A stretch of 62,822 bases of DNA, filler included. It is 5 parts of 5 records of this genome, joined end to end, with 100 filler letters (N's around TTAATTAATTAA, not from the genome) between each part and the next. Parts side by side here need not be neighbours in the genome. Positions count along the whole stretch, not along the records: positions 1 to 15,444 come from SRR20825019_520; positions 15,545 to 37,478 come from SRR20825019_521; 3 more parts are not named here. One strand, written 5' to 3'. Of this stretch, positions 9,863 through 20,947 are shown piece after piece. Numbering within the stretch: position 1 is the first letter of the stretch; each line of letters opens with the position of its first letter. Below the pieces are notes generated by a model. The model saw nothing but the letters and a program-made list of their open reading frames with translations, searched no databases and was not told the origin of the DNA. Made by a program: the position numbers and the translations under genes.

Positions 9863-10773
9863 AAAAAACAATACGCATTGGAACCCGAGACAGCGAACTT
9901 GCACTCTGGCAAGCCAATACTGTAAAAAATCAGCTTGAAAACTTAGGCTATACTACACAACTGGTACCCGTAAAATCTGAAGGGGATTTGGTTCTAGACA
10001 AACCACTTTATGAAATGGGAATCACCGGTATTTTTACAAAAACCTTGGATGTTGCAATGCTAAACGGAATGGTAGATATTGCCGTTCATAGCATGAAGGA
10101 TGTGCCAACGCAATTACCAAACGGGATTGTTCAGACCGCAGTTTTAGAACGCGCTTCTTCTGATGATATTTTAGTGATAAACGAAGCGGTGAATTTTGAT
10201 AAGCCAAGCACAATCGCTACAGGGAGTTTGCGTAGAAAAGCACAATGGCTTAATCGGTACCCAAACCACACCGTTGTAGATTTACGCGGAAATGTAAACA
10301 CGCGACTTCAAAAATTGAAAGATAATAATTGGGAAGGCGCTATTTTTGCAAAAGCTGGCTTACAGCGAATTAACTTATTACCTAAAAATTTTATTGATTT
10401 AAACTGGATGCTTCCTGCACCATCACAAGGCGCAATGGTTATTGTGGCGTTGCAAAATGATGCTTTTTCCATTGAAGCAACTTCAAAATTAAACCACAGC
10501 GATTCCGAGATTTGCACACATATTGAGCGCGAATTTTTACGCACATTAGAAGGAGGTTGTACCGCACCAATTGGAGCCTTCGCAGAAATTATTAATGATC
10601 AAATTTTGTTTAAAGGCTGTCTTTTTTCATTAGATGGAAAAACAAAATTAGAGCTTGAAAAAACAATTTCTAAAAACGATTACCTCCATTTTGGAAATGA
10701 ATGTGCATTACAATTACTGAAAAACGGTGGAAAAGAGTTGATGCTAAAAATTAAAGAGCAGATCAATAACTAA
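9859..10773 (+). CDS. hemC: Hydroxymethylbilane synthase (porphobilinogen deaminase)
   Basis: IGTRDSELALWQA, DIAVHSMKD, LRGNVNTRL, LEGGCTAPIG; TTG start overlaps the hemA stop. Confidence 0.97.
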   Translation: MKKTIRIGTRDSELALWQANTVKNQLENLGYTTQLVPVKSEGDLVLDKPLYEMGITGIFTKTLDVAMLNGMVDIAVHSMKDVPTQLPNGIVQTAVLERASSDDILVINEAVNFDKPSTIATGSLRRKAQWLNRYPNHTVVDLRGNVNTRLQKLKDNNWEGAIFAKAGLQRINLLPKNFIDLNWMLPAPSQGAMVIVALQNDAFSIEATSKLNHSDSEICTHIEREFLRTLEGGCTAPIGAFAEIINDQILFKGCLFSLDGKTKLELEKTISKNDYLHFGNECALQLLKNGGKELMLKIKEQINN

Positions 10774-10793
10774 ATTTTTTAAAGATTGTTTTA

Positions 10794-11447
10794 ATGAAAA
10801 GCGTGCTTTCAACTAAAAAACTGAGTACTTCTCAAAGAGAGCTGCTAATAAACGCAAATACTTCGTTAGTTGATTACAATGCCATTACTATTGATTTTGA
10901 GTCTTTCAAAGTACCAGAATTTATTGAAAATGCAATTTTTACAAGTCAAAATGCTTTTTTAGCAATTCAAAATTCAAAATTTAATATTCAGAATTGTTTT
11001 TGTGTAGGCGAAAAAACAAAATTGCTTTTAGAGAAAAATGATCAAAAAGTGGTAAAAAAGACTGAATATGCCTCCGAATTAGCCGAATATCTCGTTAAAA
11101 ACCATAAAAACGATTCTTTTCACTTTTTCTGTGGAAACATTAGAAGTGATGAAATTCCTTCAAAATTAAAAGAAAATACGATTGCTTTTGAAGAAATTCA
11201 AGTTTACAAAACAAGTCTAAATCCAAAGTATTTTGAAAAACAATTTGATGCTGTATTGTTTTTCAGTCCAAGTGGTGTGAGAAGTTTTTTTTTAGAAAAT
11301 AATAGCACTCAAAATAGTGCCATTTGTATTGGAAATACAACAGCTTCTGAAGCAAAAAAATATACCAAAAATGTAGTAATATCAAATACTACAACCGTGG
11401 AAAGCGTACTTGCTAAAACGGTAGAAATATTAAAAAAAAATGATTAA
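10794..11447 (+). CDS. hemD: Uroporphyrinogen-III synthase
   Basis: IFTSQNA, CVGEKT, VYKT, FFSPSGV, CIGNTTA; located between hemC and hemE. Confidence 0.93.
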   Translation: MKSVLSTKKLSTSQRELLINANTSLVDYNAITIDFESFKVPEFIENAIFTSQNAFLAIQNSKFNIQNCFCVGEKTKLLLEKNDQKVVKKTEYASELAEYLVKNHKNDSFHFFCGNIRSDEIPSKLKENTIAFEEIQVYKTSLNPKYFEKQFDAVLFFSPSGVRSFFLENNSTQNSAICIGNTTASEAKKYTKNVVISNTTTVESVLAKTVEILKKND

Positions 11448-12468
11448 GAACGACCTATTTTTAAAAGCCCTTCGTGGCGAAACTGTGAAAAGACCACCGG
11501 TTTGGATGATGCGTCAAGCTGGACGCTATTTGCCGGAATTTCAAGAGATAAAAGCTAAATACGACTTTTTTACACGTTGCCAAACTCCTGAGTTGGCAAG
11601 TGAAATTACTGTACAACCAATCCGCAGATATGGAATGGATGCTGCGATTTTGTTCAGTGATATTTTAGTAATTCCACAAGCAATGAACATCCATGTGGAA
11701 ATGAAACCTGGAATTGGTCCCTGGTTGCCAAATCCAATTCGTTCGGCAAAAGATGTTGAAAACGTTATCGTTCCAGATATTCAGGAAACACTTGGCTATG
11801 TTATGGATGCCATAAAAATGACCAAGGAAAAACTAAATGACGAGATTCCATTAATTGGTTTTGCAGGTAGCCCGTGGACAATTTTATGTTATTGCGTGCA
11901 AGGCCAAGGCAGTAAAAACTTTGACATTGCTAAGGAGTTTTGCTTTACCCAACCTGTTGCAGCGCATCAATTACTTCAAAAAATAACAGATACCACAATT
12001 CTTTATTTAAAGGAAAAAGTAAAAGCAGGCGTAAATGCAGTACAAATTTTTGATAGTTGGGGTGGTATGCTTTCACCAACCGATTATCAAGAGTTTAGTT
12101 GGAATTATATGCAACAAATTATTGATGCTTTAAAGGATGAAACTCCCGTTATTGCTTTTGGAAAAGGTTGCTGGTTTGCGCTAGATACCATGGCAAAAAG
12201 CGGCGCTTCGGCTTTGGGTGTAGATTGGACGTGCTCGCCAAAAAATGCACGTTATTTAACTGGAGGAAAAATCACCCTTCAAGGAAATTTTGATCCAACG
12301 CGCCTTTTTAGCCCTCCTTCAGAAATTAAAAAGATGGTAAAACAGATGATTGATGAATTTGGAAAAGACAAGTATATTGTAAATTTAGGTCACGGAATTT
12401 TACCAAATATTCCTTTGGAAAATGCAGCAGCTTTTATTGAAGCTGTTAAAGAATATAAGCAAGATTAA
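11440..12468 (+). CDS. hemE: Uroporphyrinogen decarboxylase
   Basis: [36 protein letters not shown]. Confidence 0.98.
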   Translation: MIKNDLFLKALRGETVKRPPVWMMRQAGRYLPEFQEIKAKYDFFTRCQTPELASEITVQPIRRYGMDAAILFSDILVIPQAMNIHVEMKPGIGPWLPNPIRSAKDVENVIVPDIQETLGYVMDAIKMTKEKLNDEIPLIGFAGSPWTILCYCVQGQGSKNFDIAKEFCFTQPVAAHQLLQKITDTTILYLKEKVKAGVNAVQIFDSWGGMLSPTDYQEFSWNYMQQIIDALKDETPVIAFGKGCWFALDTMAKSGASALGVDWTCSPKNARYLTGGKITLQGNFDPTRLFSPPSEIKKMVKQMIDEFGKDKYIVNLGHGILPNIPLENAAAFIEAVKEYKQD

Positions 12469-12954
12469 ATGTTCTGGCGGATATTTAAAAAATTAGATTT
12501 TAAACAGTTATTTGGGCTTTTTTGGATGTTTCTAAAAAATCCACTGTTTGCTTTTCCAACTGTTTTGGCAACAAAAAAATGTATGAATATTGCATACAAT
12601 GAATATGGAAGCAAGCACCATTTAAGCAATAAAGCAAATGCGTTTCGGCATGCGCTTTGGGTAATTTTAATAATTCAGAAGAGTTTAAAATGGCGTAAAA
12701 ATGAGGCAAAAGCAAAAGCGTGGGCATTAAAATTCACTAGCTGGCATGAAGATTTTTCACCAAACAAACCTTTAGAACGTGCAATGGATTTGCACAATAA
12801 TAAAGCAGGAATTACTTTTTTTGATGAAATAAAAGGTAAAAATGAAGCAGATAGTATTACTTTTTTAAAAGAAAAAGCTTCCGAAGCAAGACAAATTAAA
12901 TCTGTTGAAGAAACAAACAATCATAAAAAATCACTTGTTTTTATAACTGAATAA
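12469..12954 (+). CDS. Hypothetical protein, DUF6973-like
   Basis: NAFRHALW..WHE..MDLHNNKAG motif pattern; abuts hemE with no gap. Confidence 0.65.
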   Translation: MFWRIFKKLDFKQLFGLFWMFLKNPLFAFPTVLATKKCMNIAYNEYGSKHHLSNKANAFRHALWVILIIQKSLKWRKNEAKAKAWALKFTSWHEDFSPNKPLERAMDLHNNKAGITFFDEIKGKNEADSITFLKEKASEARQIKSVEETNNHKKSLVFITE

Positions 12955-13704
12955 ATGATTAAAAACATCTTAAAAGGCATACATGCATACACTGGAACTT
13001 TCAAGCTCATCAGTAAACTTGGGCTTTGGAAATATTTCGGAGTACCTATGGCAATTAGTTTTTTTACAGCTGTTTTAATAGGTTTTACAGCTTGGGGATT
13101 GGGGGATAATCTCGGCGCATTTATTTCAAAAATATGGTTTTGGGAATGGGGTTCAGAAACATTTAGAACCATTGGCAACTTTATTGGCGGACTACTAATT
13201 ATTGCTTTAGGCCTTATTTTATACCGTCATATTGTAATGGCATTGAGCGCGCCATTTATGAGTCCTGTTTCAGAAAAAATTGAAAAACATCTTTTTGCAA
13301 CAACTCATTTGCATAGAAATACTACAAATGCAGAACAACTTTGGCGTGGAATACGCATTAATGTTCGAAACTTGTTGATGGAGCTTTTACTAACTATTCC
13401 CATAATTTTGATTGGTTTTATTCCTATAATTGGTTTTGTTTCTTCAGTTTTATTATTCCTTGTTCAAAGCTATTACGCAGGTTTCGGGAATATGGATTAC
13501 ACGCTGGAAAGGCATTATAAATATTCAGAAAGCATTCAATTTGTAAAAAGAAATCGTGGTTTGGCCATTGGCAACGGCATGATTTTTATGCTCATGCTTT
13601 TAATTCCAGTTGTCGGGATAATTTTGGTATTACCACTCTCGGTAACTGCAGCGAGCACCGAAACATTAAAGGTTTTGGAAAACGCTAAATCAATTCAGAA
13701 ATAA
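12955..13704 (+). CDS. EI24/CysZ-like membrane protein
   Basis: Multiple TM segments; SAPFMSPVSEKIE and GFGNMDY motifs. Confidence 0.8.
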   Translation: MIKNILKGIHAYTGTFKLISKLGLWKYFGVPMAISFFTAVLIGFTAWGLGDNLGAFISKIWFWEWGSETFRTIGNFIGGLLIIALGLILYRHIVMALSAPFMSPVSEKIEKHLFATTHLHRNTTNAEQLWRGIRINVRNLLMELLLTIPIILIGFIPIIGFVSSVLLFLVQSYYAGFGNMDYTLERHYKYSESIQFVKRNRGLAIGNGMIFMLMLLIPVVGIILVLPLSVTAASTETLKVLENAKSIQK

Positions 13705-14621
13705 TGAAAGAACAATTTGTAGCATATATAAAAAACTTACAGAACCAAATTACTTCCGCTTTAGAAGAAATTGACGGAAAAGTAAAGTTTAAAGAAGATA
13801 TTTGGGAACGTCCAGAAGGTGGTGGCGGACAAACTCGTGTGATTGAAAACGGCAACGTTTTTGAAAAAGGTGGGGTGAATATTAGTGAAGTTCACGGTAA
13901 ATTACCCGAAAGTATGCAACAGTATTTTGGCGTTAAAGATGCTGATTTTTTTGCGTGTGGACTTAGCTTGGTGTTGCATCCAAAAAATCCGTTTGTGCCC
14001 ACGGTACATGCCAATTGGCGTTATTTTGAAATGTATAATTCTGACGGAAAAATTGTAGACAGGTGGTTTGGCGGTGGCCAAGATTTAACGCCCTATTATT
14101 TATTTGAAGAAGATGCAACCCATTTTCATCAAGTTTGTAAAACCGCTTGCGACAAACACTCCCAGAATTCCGAGGCCGATTTTTATGAAGTTTACAAAAA
14201 ACGTTGCGATGAATATTTTTGGAATGCACATCGCAATGAAGCTCGTGGAATTGGCGGTTTATTTTTCGATTATCTAAGAGAAACCGACACGATGAAGTTG
14301 GAAGAATGGTATAATTTTGTCACTGAAATTGGCAATAGTTTTTTAGATAGCTATCTTCCTATAGTTGAAAAAAGAAAAGATAGTTCCTATTCCGAAGCAA
14401 ACCGAAATTGGCAAGAAATACGTCGTGGACGTTATGTAGAATTCAACTTAGTGCATGATAAAGGCACGCTTTTCGGCCTAAAAACCAATGGACGAATTGA
14501 AAGTATTTTGATGAGTCTTCCGCCAACTGTGCAATGGAAATATGACTACCATCCAGAGGCTGGAAGCGAGGAGGAGAAATTAGTTGAGGTTTTGAGAAAC
14601 CCAAAAAATTGGATTAATTAA
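13704..14621 (+). CDS. hemF: Oxygen-dependent coproporphyrinogen III oxidase
   Basis: FEKGGVN, HPKNPFVPTVHANWRYF, WFGGGQDLTP, RRGRYVEFNL, ESILMSLP. Confidence 0.98.
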   Translation: MKEQFVAYIKNLQNQITSALEEIDGKVKFKEDIWERPEGGGGQTRVIENGNVFEKGGVNISEVHGKLPESMQQYFGVKDADFFACGLSLVLHPKNPFVPTVHANWRYFEMYNSDGKIVDRWFGGGQDLTPYYLFEEDATHFHQVCKTACDKHSQNSEADFYEVYKKRCDEYFWNAHRNEARGIGGLFFDYLRETDTMKLEEWYNFVTEIGNSFLDSYLPIVEKRKDSSYSEANRNWQEIRRGRYVEFNLVHDKGTLFGLKTNGRIESILMSLPPTVQWKYDYHPEAGSEEEKLVEVLRNPKNWIN

Positions 14622-14670
14622 TTTTAGATGTACGAATCAAAATATCTAAAACCGTAAATCATAGAAAGTT

Positions 14671-15444
14671 ATGTACCCATTAAGAAGAAACCGAAGATTA
14701 CGAACCACTGAGAGTATGCGCAGCTTGGTACGTGAAACAATTATAAGTTCAGATGACTTTATCGTGCCACTTTTTGTGGTTGAAGGAAAGGGTGTAAAAG
14801 AAGAAATTGCTTCGATGCCTAATTATTATCGGTTGAGTTTAGATTTGCTTCAAAATGAAGTGAAAGAACTTTGGAAATTAGGTTTAAAATCGGTTTTACT
14901 TTTTGTGAAAGTAGACGATAAACTAAAAGATAATACTGGAAAAGAAGCTTTAAATGCAAACGGATTGATGCAACAAGCCATCAAAACTGTGAAAAATGCC
15001 GTTCCTGACATGATTGTAATGACCGATGTGGCTTTGGATCCTTTTTCTATTTATGGCCACGATGGGATTATTTCTGAAGGAAAAGTTTTAAACGACGATA
15101 CAAATTCTGTTTTAGCTGAAATGGCATTAAGTCACGCCAAAGCTGGAGCAGATGTTGTTGCGCCTAGCGATATGATGGACGGCCGCATTTTTGAAATCAG
15201 GACCTTGTTAGAAGATGAAGGTTTTGGTGATACCGCAATAATGGCTTACAGTGCAAAATACGCTTCTGCCTTTTATGGTCCTTTTCGTGACGCCTTAGAT
15301 TCTGCTCCTGTAGATGTAAAAGATATTCCGAAGGATAAAAAAACTTACCAAATGGATTTTGCAAATCGTGAAGAAGCCATTCGCGAAACCTTAATGGACA
15401 TTGATGAAGGCGCCGATATCGTTATGGTAAAACCAGGACTTTGT
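14671..15444 (+). CDS. hemB: Porphobilinogen synthase, truncated at contig end
   Basis: DVALDP, APSDMMDGR, YSAKYASAFYGPFRDA, EGADIVMVKP. Confidence 0.97.
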
Positions 15445-15544
15445 NNNNNNNNNNNNNNNNNNNNNNNNNNNNNNNNNNNNNNNNNNNNTTAATTAATTAA
15501 NNNNNNNNNNNNNNNNNNNNNNNNNNNNNNNNNNNNNNNNNNNN
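15445..15544. other. Artificial contig linker
   Basis: N-run + TTAATTAATTAA (stops in all frames) + N-run, 100 nt. Confidence 0.99.
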
Positions 15545-16342
15545 GAATGAAGCCAACTCCAAATGATGCATTATGGCTACTGTTTGACCAGCTTAGAACG
15601 GCCCAGTATTGCGCGCGATCAGCGAGATGACGTGAGTCAGTTCCCCGAAGGGATCTCTTCTTAGGGTGTGGGGGGTCCGTGAGTCAGTCATACTCGTCCG
15701 ATCGGACGTCACTGCATCTTCGAGGCAAGGCGGTTTTCCAAGATTTCTTGGATTATGTCCAGGAGACCCCTTCGGGGCTTTTGTGACGCGCAGCGTCCCC
15801 CAGTGTTCTTGTGCCCTCTATTTATTGAAGCCAAACTAACCACAGCATATGTATCCGATTTCATCGACGCCCTTGTCGCTACATCAGGGCATCTGCTTGA
15901 TATATGATGGTAGCCATGGTGCAGCGGAGGGGCGGAAGGGTCGGACGGTCCCGAGTGATCCCAGTGATCCAACGTTTCACATCTGATGACACTTTTTTCT
16001 GAGGTACTTCCTGTAGAGTATTGAATTATTTTTGGAATTGATTGATACATGTGTCCATTATCAAAAAGTTGCTTGTGTAAGATTTGGTTTGTGGCTACGC
16101 CTGCTTCGTCGGGTGATGAGTCACCGTCACCACCCCAGCAACAATCTGGCGACCTGAGTGTCAACAGTGGCCGGCACAACGTGGATACCCTGGTTCCGTC
16201 CGGTGTGCCTGCACAGTTCTCCCCATTTCTGCTGGAACTCGGCACGGCGACAGTGTGAGGTACGGAGCTAGGCAAACGCCCGGTAGGATTCATATTTAAG
16301 TCTGTAAGTTTCGTCAGTGAAAAAATATCAGTGGCAGGTCCG

Positions 16343-17475
16343 ATGAGGGTGCTCAGTACTGTTGCGTGCTTGTTGTTCCTTTTCTCATATGCGATAGCTA
16401 CCAATATAAGGACTGGATCATCTTATGGCTCTCTGAGCTCGGGTGGTGGGAGGGAAGTGAATATGCGAACAGGTCTCTATAGCAAAAATACCATTGAGCT
16501 TCCCGAAGACAGCGAACATACTTTGGTGAAAACTTTTCACTTGGTGAACGCTGCACGAATGGCAACTACTGACGGTAACTGCAAAGCCAACGTGATGGAC
16601 TCTAGCCCAGAATGTGCCACAGGACAACCCAATATGTTTTGTGCCCAGTCAGTTTGCAGTGCTTGGCACGGTGAAGCTACCGTTGCTGCGATATGCTCCC
16701 CGGATGATCATAAGATGATCATGGAGATAGCGGCCAAATTGGATGTTGACAGAACAGGGAAAACAGCCTGGCTTGGTCGGGTACGTTTTGGAGGCGATGG
16801 TGAGTTACAATTACAATTGAGAGGCTGTTTTGGCATTGAAAGGTTTGGTCATTGCAGAAGATACACCAAACTCTGGAGTTTGGTCTTGGGATATTGAGAG
16901 GGACACAGGTGCTTGTCCCGAGTGTCCAGCGTTCTGTACTTCTCAGGGTCCGTGCCACCCTAACGGGCACGGAACCCCCATCCAATACCCCGTTGAACCT
17001 TACCTTTGCGGCAACACAGGGGACTGGAGAAACTGCTACATGGCCAAGTCTCGCATGAACGTGCTCACATTGGACAAAGGCTCTGTGGAGTTCAGGAACT
17101 GTGGAGATACTGCCGACTACGTTTTGTGCGAGCTAGTGACTAGCCATTGCGAAGCTAAGAGAGACTGCCATGGCCATGGAACATGCAACCCCGTGCAAAT
17201 ATGCAGTCCGCTCTTCATGGCTAATTCAGAAACTCCTGAAGCGGCTAGGTACGTCGAATGTTTACGACATTGTCGAAAGAGAATAACTCGAATAATTCAG
17301 GTCGTGCAAATGTGAGAATCTTTGGGAAGATAAGGAAATTGGAGCGGGAATAGTCAAGTCGATTCTTGAGTGTGCTCAGTGCGGTTTGGAGTGCGGGCCG
17401 AACGGAGGCCTTGATGAACACAAATGTCAGTGCAATTGCAGCGATGGAAAAACGAGACTTGTGAAATGCCCGTAG
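16343..17475 (+). CDS. Secreted Cys-rich protein, C-type lectin-like plus EGF-like; 3 exons (introns 16800-16842, 17249-17300)
   Basis: Signal peptide MRVLSTVACLLFLFSYAIA; AQSVC..AAICS..AWLG..WSW..NC..CGDTADYVLCE; CHGHGTC..CKC; GT-AG introns join ORFs 16331 and 16830 and a last exon ending CP*. Confidence 0.65.
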
Positions 17476-17510
17476 AAAGATGTGCTTGTTTTGAGTGAGC
17501 TACATTTACT

Positions 17511-19872
17511 CTACTGATCATAGTGGACATTAACGTCGGTTGAAATATCGATGTCAGTTTCATGAAGTGCAATCGAAGAGACATCTCCGTCCATTAAAGA
17601 TGTATCAGCCCCTGGGTTCATCCCGGCTGCTCCCTTATCATCACCTCTGCTTCTCATGCTACTGGCACTTATTGGTCTGCTTCCCCTGCTTCCCATTGAC
17701 TTTTGACTGAAGGATGCCCCTCCTTGAGACGCCCCATCTTCCTCATCCCCCAATTCGTTCCGCACTTCTTTGATGGCATGGTTCAAGAACTCTTGATAAC
17801 TCGAGGCCTTCGTTCGAATGGAACCAAAGTCCGGTCCCATCATGCTGTTCATGTGTGAGACCCCGGGGCTGCTAACCTCACGCCAAGCATAGCTACTGTC
17901 GCCATAAGGGGTTGGTGCTGCTGCAACCGGAGGAGTGTGTAGTTTTGCATTTGGATTAGCAGCGTACGGCTGACCGAATGATTGACCGGCTAATGGTCCA
18001 TTCTTAAGGTGTTGAACTCCACCCGACTTCTTTTTCTTTTGCTGCAAGGGAGTGAGGGTAACGGACCCACTCACAGTATATGGAGTTGCATATCCAATGT
18101 TTGTCCTCGGTGCTTCAGCACCAGAAGGACGAATCAAAATGGGCGGAACCATATCTTCGGTCCTTCTCACCGCATCAGGTCCTGCCAAATAGTCTATATT
18201 CGGTTCCACGGTTACAACGTTGTCATCGTTTCGCCGTTCCGGCGGTAGTCCCTGTGAGGTTGCCGGACGATCTCCACCCTCTTGCGTTTCTTCGGCAGGG
18301 TCTTCACTGGTTCCATCTAAGCTGTACAATCCGGGCTGTGCGCTCTGCGTGTGCCTCTCAGCCATACTAGATGATCCCATCGATGCAAAATCAGTTGACG
18401 TGTGTGGGCGTGGAGGAAGCTTTTTCTTTTTCTTCGGCTTCTTATACTGTGCCGTTAATGAAGTGTTAATCTTCACGCTCTTGTCAAGTGAGAGAGGAGG
18501 GACACTGTGGGGCCTTCTCTGTTCTTCTTTAGATGATTGTTCCGCACGCCATCTGTCATACTCAATAGTCGAAACGTTGATCTTCTTAACCTCCATACTG
18601 CTTCCCGTAAAACAAGCGTAACAATCCTCGCAAACCACGGTAGTCTTGTATATAAATTGTGGGTCACGCATAATAGTCCGGTATGTCTCATTTGTAAGGC
18701 GAGGGTGGACTTTGGCAATGATTGCAGGTACTTCGTTTCTGGTATCATCCAAAGGCTCCTCAGCAACACCTTTTGCATGAGGCATAATCGGGTCATCCTC
18801 ATGAAGTCGATAGTAGTCTATTACAGCCTTAAACTTGACACTGTGAACTCGGTCCTTCTCGAAGTCGCGTTTGCAATTAGGACAGGTAAACGTCTTCTGC
18901 TTGATAAGCGGCTGAGACGAAAAAGTATCAAGGTTCACATTATCGGGATGTGTTCCCATCTCTAAGTCAAGAGCCTTCAGGGGCTTATCCATATGAGGAG
19001 TCTCAAGTACTAGACGGATGCTGCTACACCATAAGAACCAAATCTTGTCCTGTTGGTCAATTTTGAAGTTCAGAACCATGCGACCAATTTTGTATCTTTG
19101 AGGTGAAGAGGCCTGAACATGCTTCTCTATTGAACGACAAATCTCCTCAAATCTTTCAGGTAGTGTCCGACCCCTGATGAATCCATATCAGCATTCTGTT
19201 GCAACTATTTCTAAAAATCGCTTACCGAATTGGAGCTTGAACACTGTAATAGGGAGGCCCCTCATACGTTACAGCACGTTCATACATATCATAGCTCTTT
19301 TTGTGAAGAAGCCTGATATTGATTCCACGCTCTAACAAACATACACGAGGAGACCAGATTGCTCTAATAATAAAGTTGTGCTTTCCCTTGGGTTGAATGA
19401 ACTTTTGTAAGATTCCGTCGTTAACTTTTGTGCGGTCTACAAGGAAAGCCTCTGGAGATTGCGAGAATTAGTTGAGGCACCTTACTACCTTAACATCGCA
19501 AGATGACTTACTGAGCCCTTTCTTGTCAAAATATTCAATGGTCGGCCTGGTCGCCGTCGGGTCGTCAAGATTATCAGATCTCGACAGATAATACGCAACT
19601 ATTTCACACTTCGCATTGCGTTTTTCTTTTCCAAAAACCTCTGTGATGTGCAAGTTATTGCACCTTTGCTTCGACTTCTTCCTTATCTGTTGGTCCGATA
19701 CTGAAGTGAAGAACCAATATGCAGGCTGTCTATACTTATATACAACAGTATCAGGAAGCAACACTCCAGGGCACGTTTTGTACGTATTAGCGTCCTTGTT
19801 CCACAAATAGTTGTACAAGTTGTCGACGTAACCGTCGCGACTTTCCGGGCCGTCAAGAGGAAATGAGGTCAT
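17511..19872 (-). CDS. Conserved protist hypothetical protein (ATP-grasp-like N-terminal half, disordered C-terminal half); 3 exons (introns 19452-19511, 19174-19225)
   Basis: Splicing GTAAGT..CAG and GTAAGC..CAG joins ORFs 19468-19872 and 17511-19079 through an in-frame exon GILQKFIQPKGKHNFIIRAIWSPRVCLLER..YERAVTYEGP. Confidence 0.8.
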
Positions 19873-20947
19873 GCCTACGGTCTCCTTTAGTGCTTTCGGA
19901 GACCCACCAAGTACTACAGAAGGGCGACTCCGTGATATTTATATACTTGTATAAGTTGTCTCACTATCGAGTAAAGGGGACACAGTGGTACGGCTCAGCA
20001 ACCTTGTTGACGAGCGCTCGCCGTCTGTGAAAACGTAGTTTCCGGGTCAAGCTGTGCGGTAACAGGTCTTGCTGATGGCCAGCGAGCGGAACGTCGTGGT
20101 GGATGGGTGTAGGATGACCTCGGGTCCGGGCGGGTGGACCAATGGCAACAGCTCGCCGTAGACGCAGAGCATGCTGCGAGCGATGGGAGCGTCCAGCCAG
20201 GGAGCATCGGCTCCACTTCAGTGGCGTCCCCGCCCGGCGCTCAGCACCATCAAGACCACGGTGGACATGCACCGTTTTTGGACAGGACTGCCGACAGTCA
20301 GTCGTGAGCCGGCGTGCCTGGGGAAGCCGGCCGGTGTCTCGCGGTGGGGACGTGAACCCGCCGTGGCCCATCGCCCGGCAGATCACTGAGCCGTCCTGGC
20401 GACTTGAATCGCAGGCACGTTGGGCACAGACCGGCCAGCTTGAACCGCTACTTTGTGCGACTAAAACTCGCGGAGGGGCCACGGAACATGAGGAAACAAC
20501 CGGAATTAGGTTATCCGATCCGGCAACCTGAATCCGGAGTTTTCCAGTTTTCAAGACTTTCAACCAGGCCGGACGGAGTGAAATGAAGTCTGAAACGAGC
20601 GGCGGCGGGCGGCAGCCGTCGCCACTGATCACGGCGCGCCGCGGCTGCCTCAGCCGTGACCGCCCGCGAAGTCCGGCCTTCGGGGAACGCGAACGTTCCT
20701 TGGCTTGGTTGGTGGGCCAGGAGCCGCCCCGCGCCTTGCACGGTTGTCACTGCATAGCGGCCTGCACCTGAATAGTTAGGAACAGAACCAGGTTGGTTCT
20801 GTTCCGAGCAATCAGCGCCTCGGCTTGTCCCGGCCCAAGTGGTCCGACGAACAGTCTGTCTCTGAAGCGATAGGTCAGCAACGGATCAAGGCATTGGCAA
20901 CCTTTCTAAATATCTGAAGTACGCAAGTTCTCGACATATGTGACACT

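Noticed and set aside
10964-10995. Heptamer-like tandem AATTCAA-AATTCAA-AATTTAA-TATTCAG inside hemD
   Set aside because: Short, imperfect and AT-rich; the frame is intact and protein length normal, so there is no evidence of phase variation.
15445-15544. Apparent bacterial-to-eukaryote junction (HGT or endosymbiont insertion)
   Set aside because: It coincides with an artificial N/TTAATTAATTAA linker, as do the other three junctions.
15709-16404. 231-aa minus-strand ORF
   Set aside because: No recognisable motif, and it overlaps the start of the better-supported lectin gene on the opposite strand.
19964-20771. Overlapping Arg/Pro/Ala-rich ORFs (also at 22757-23895, 26349-26915 and 32269-33024)
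   Set aside because: Expected by-products of GC-rich, stop-poor sequence; open in several frames with no domain signal.
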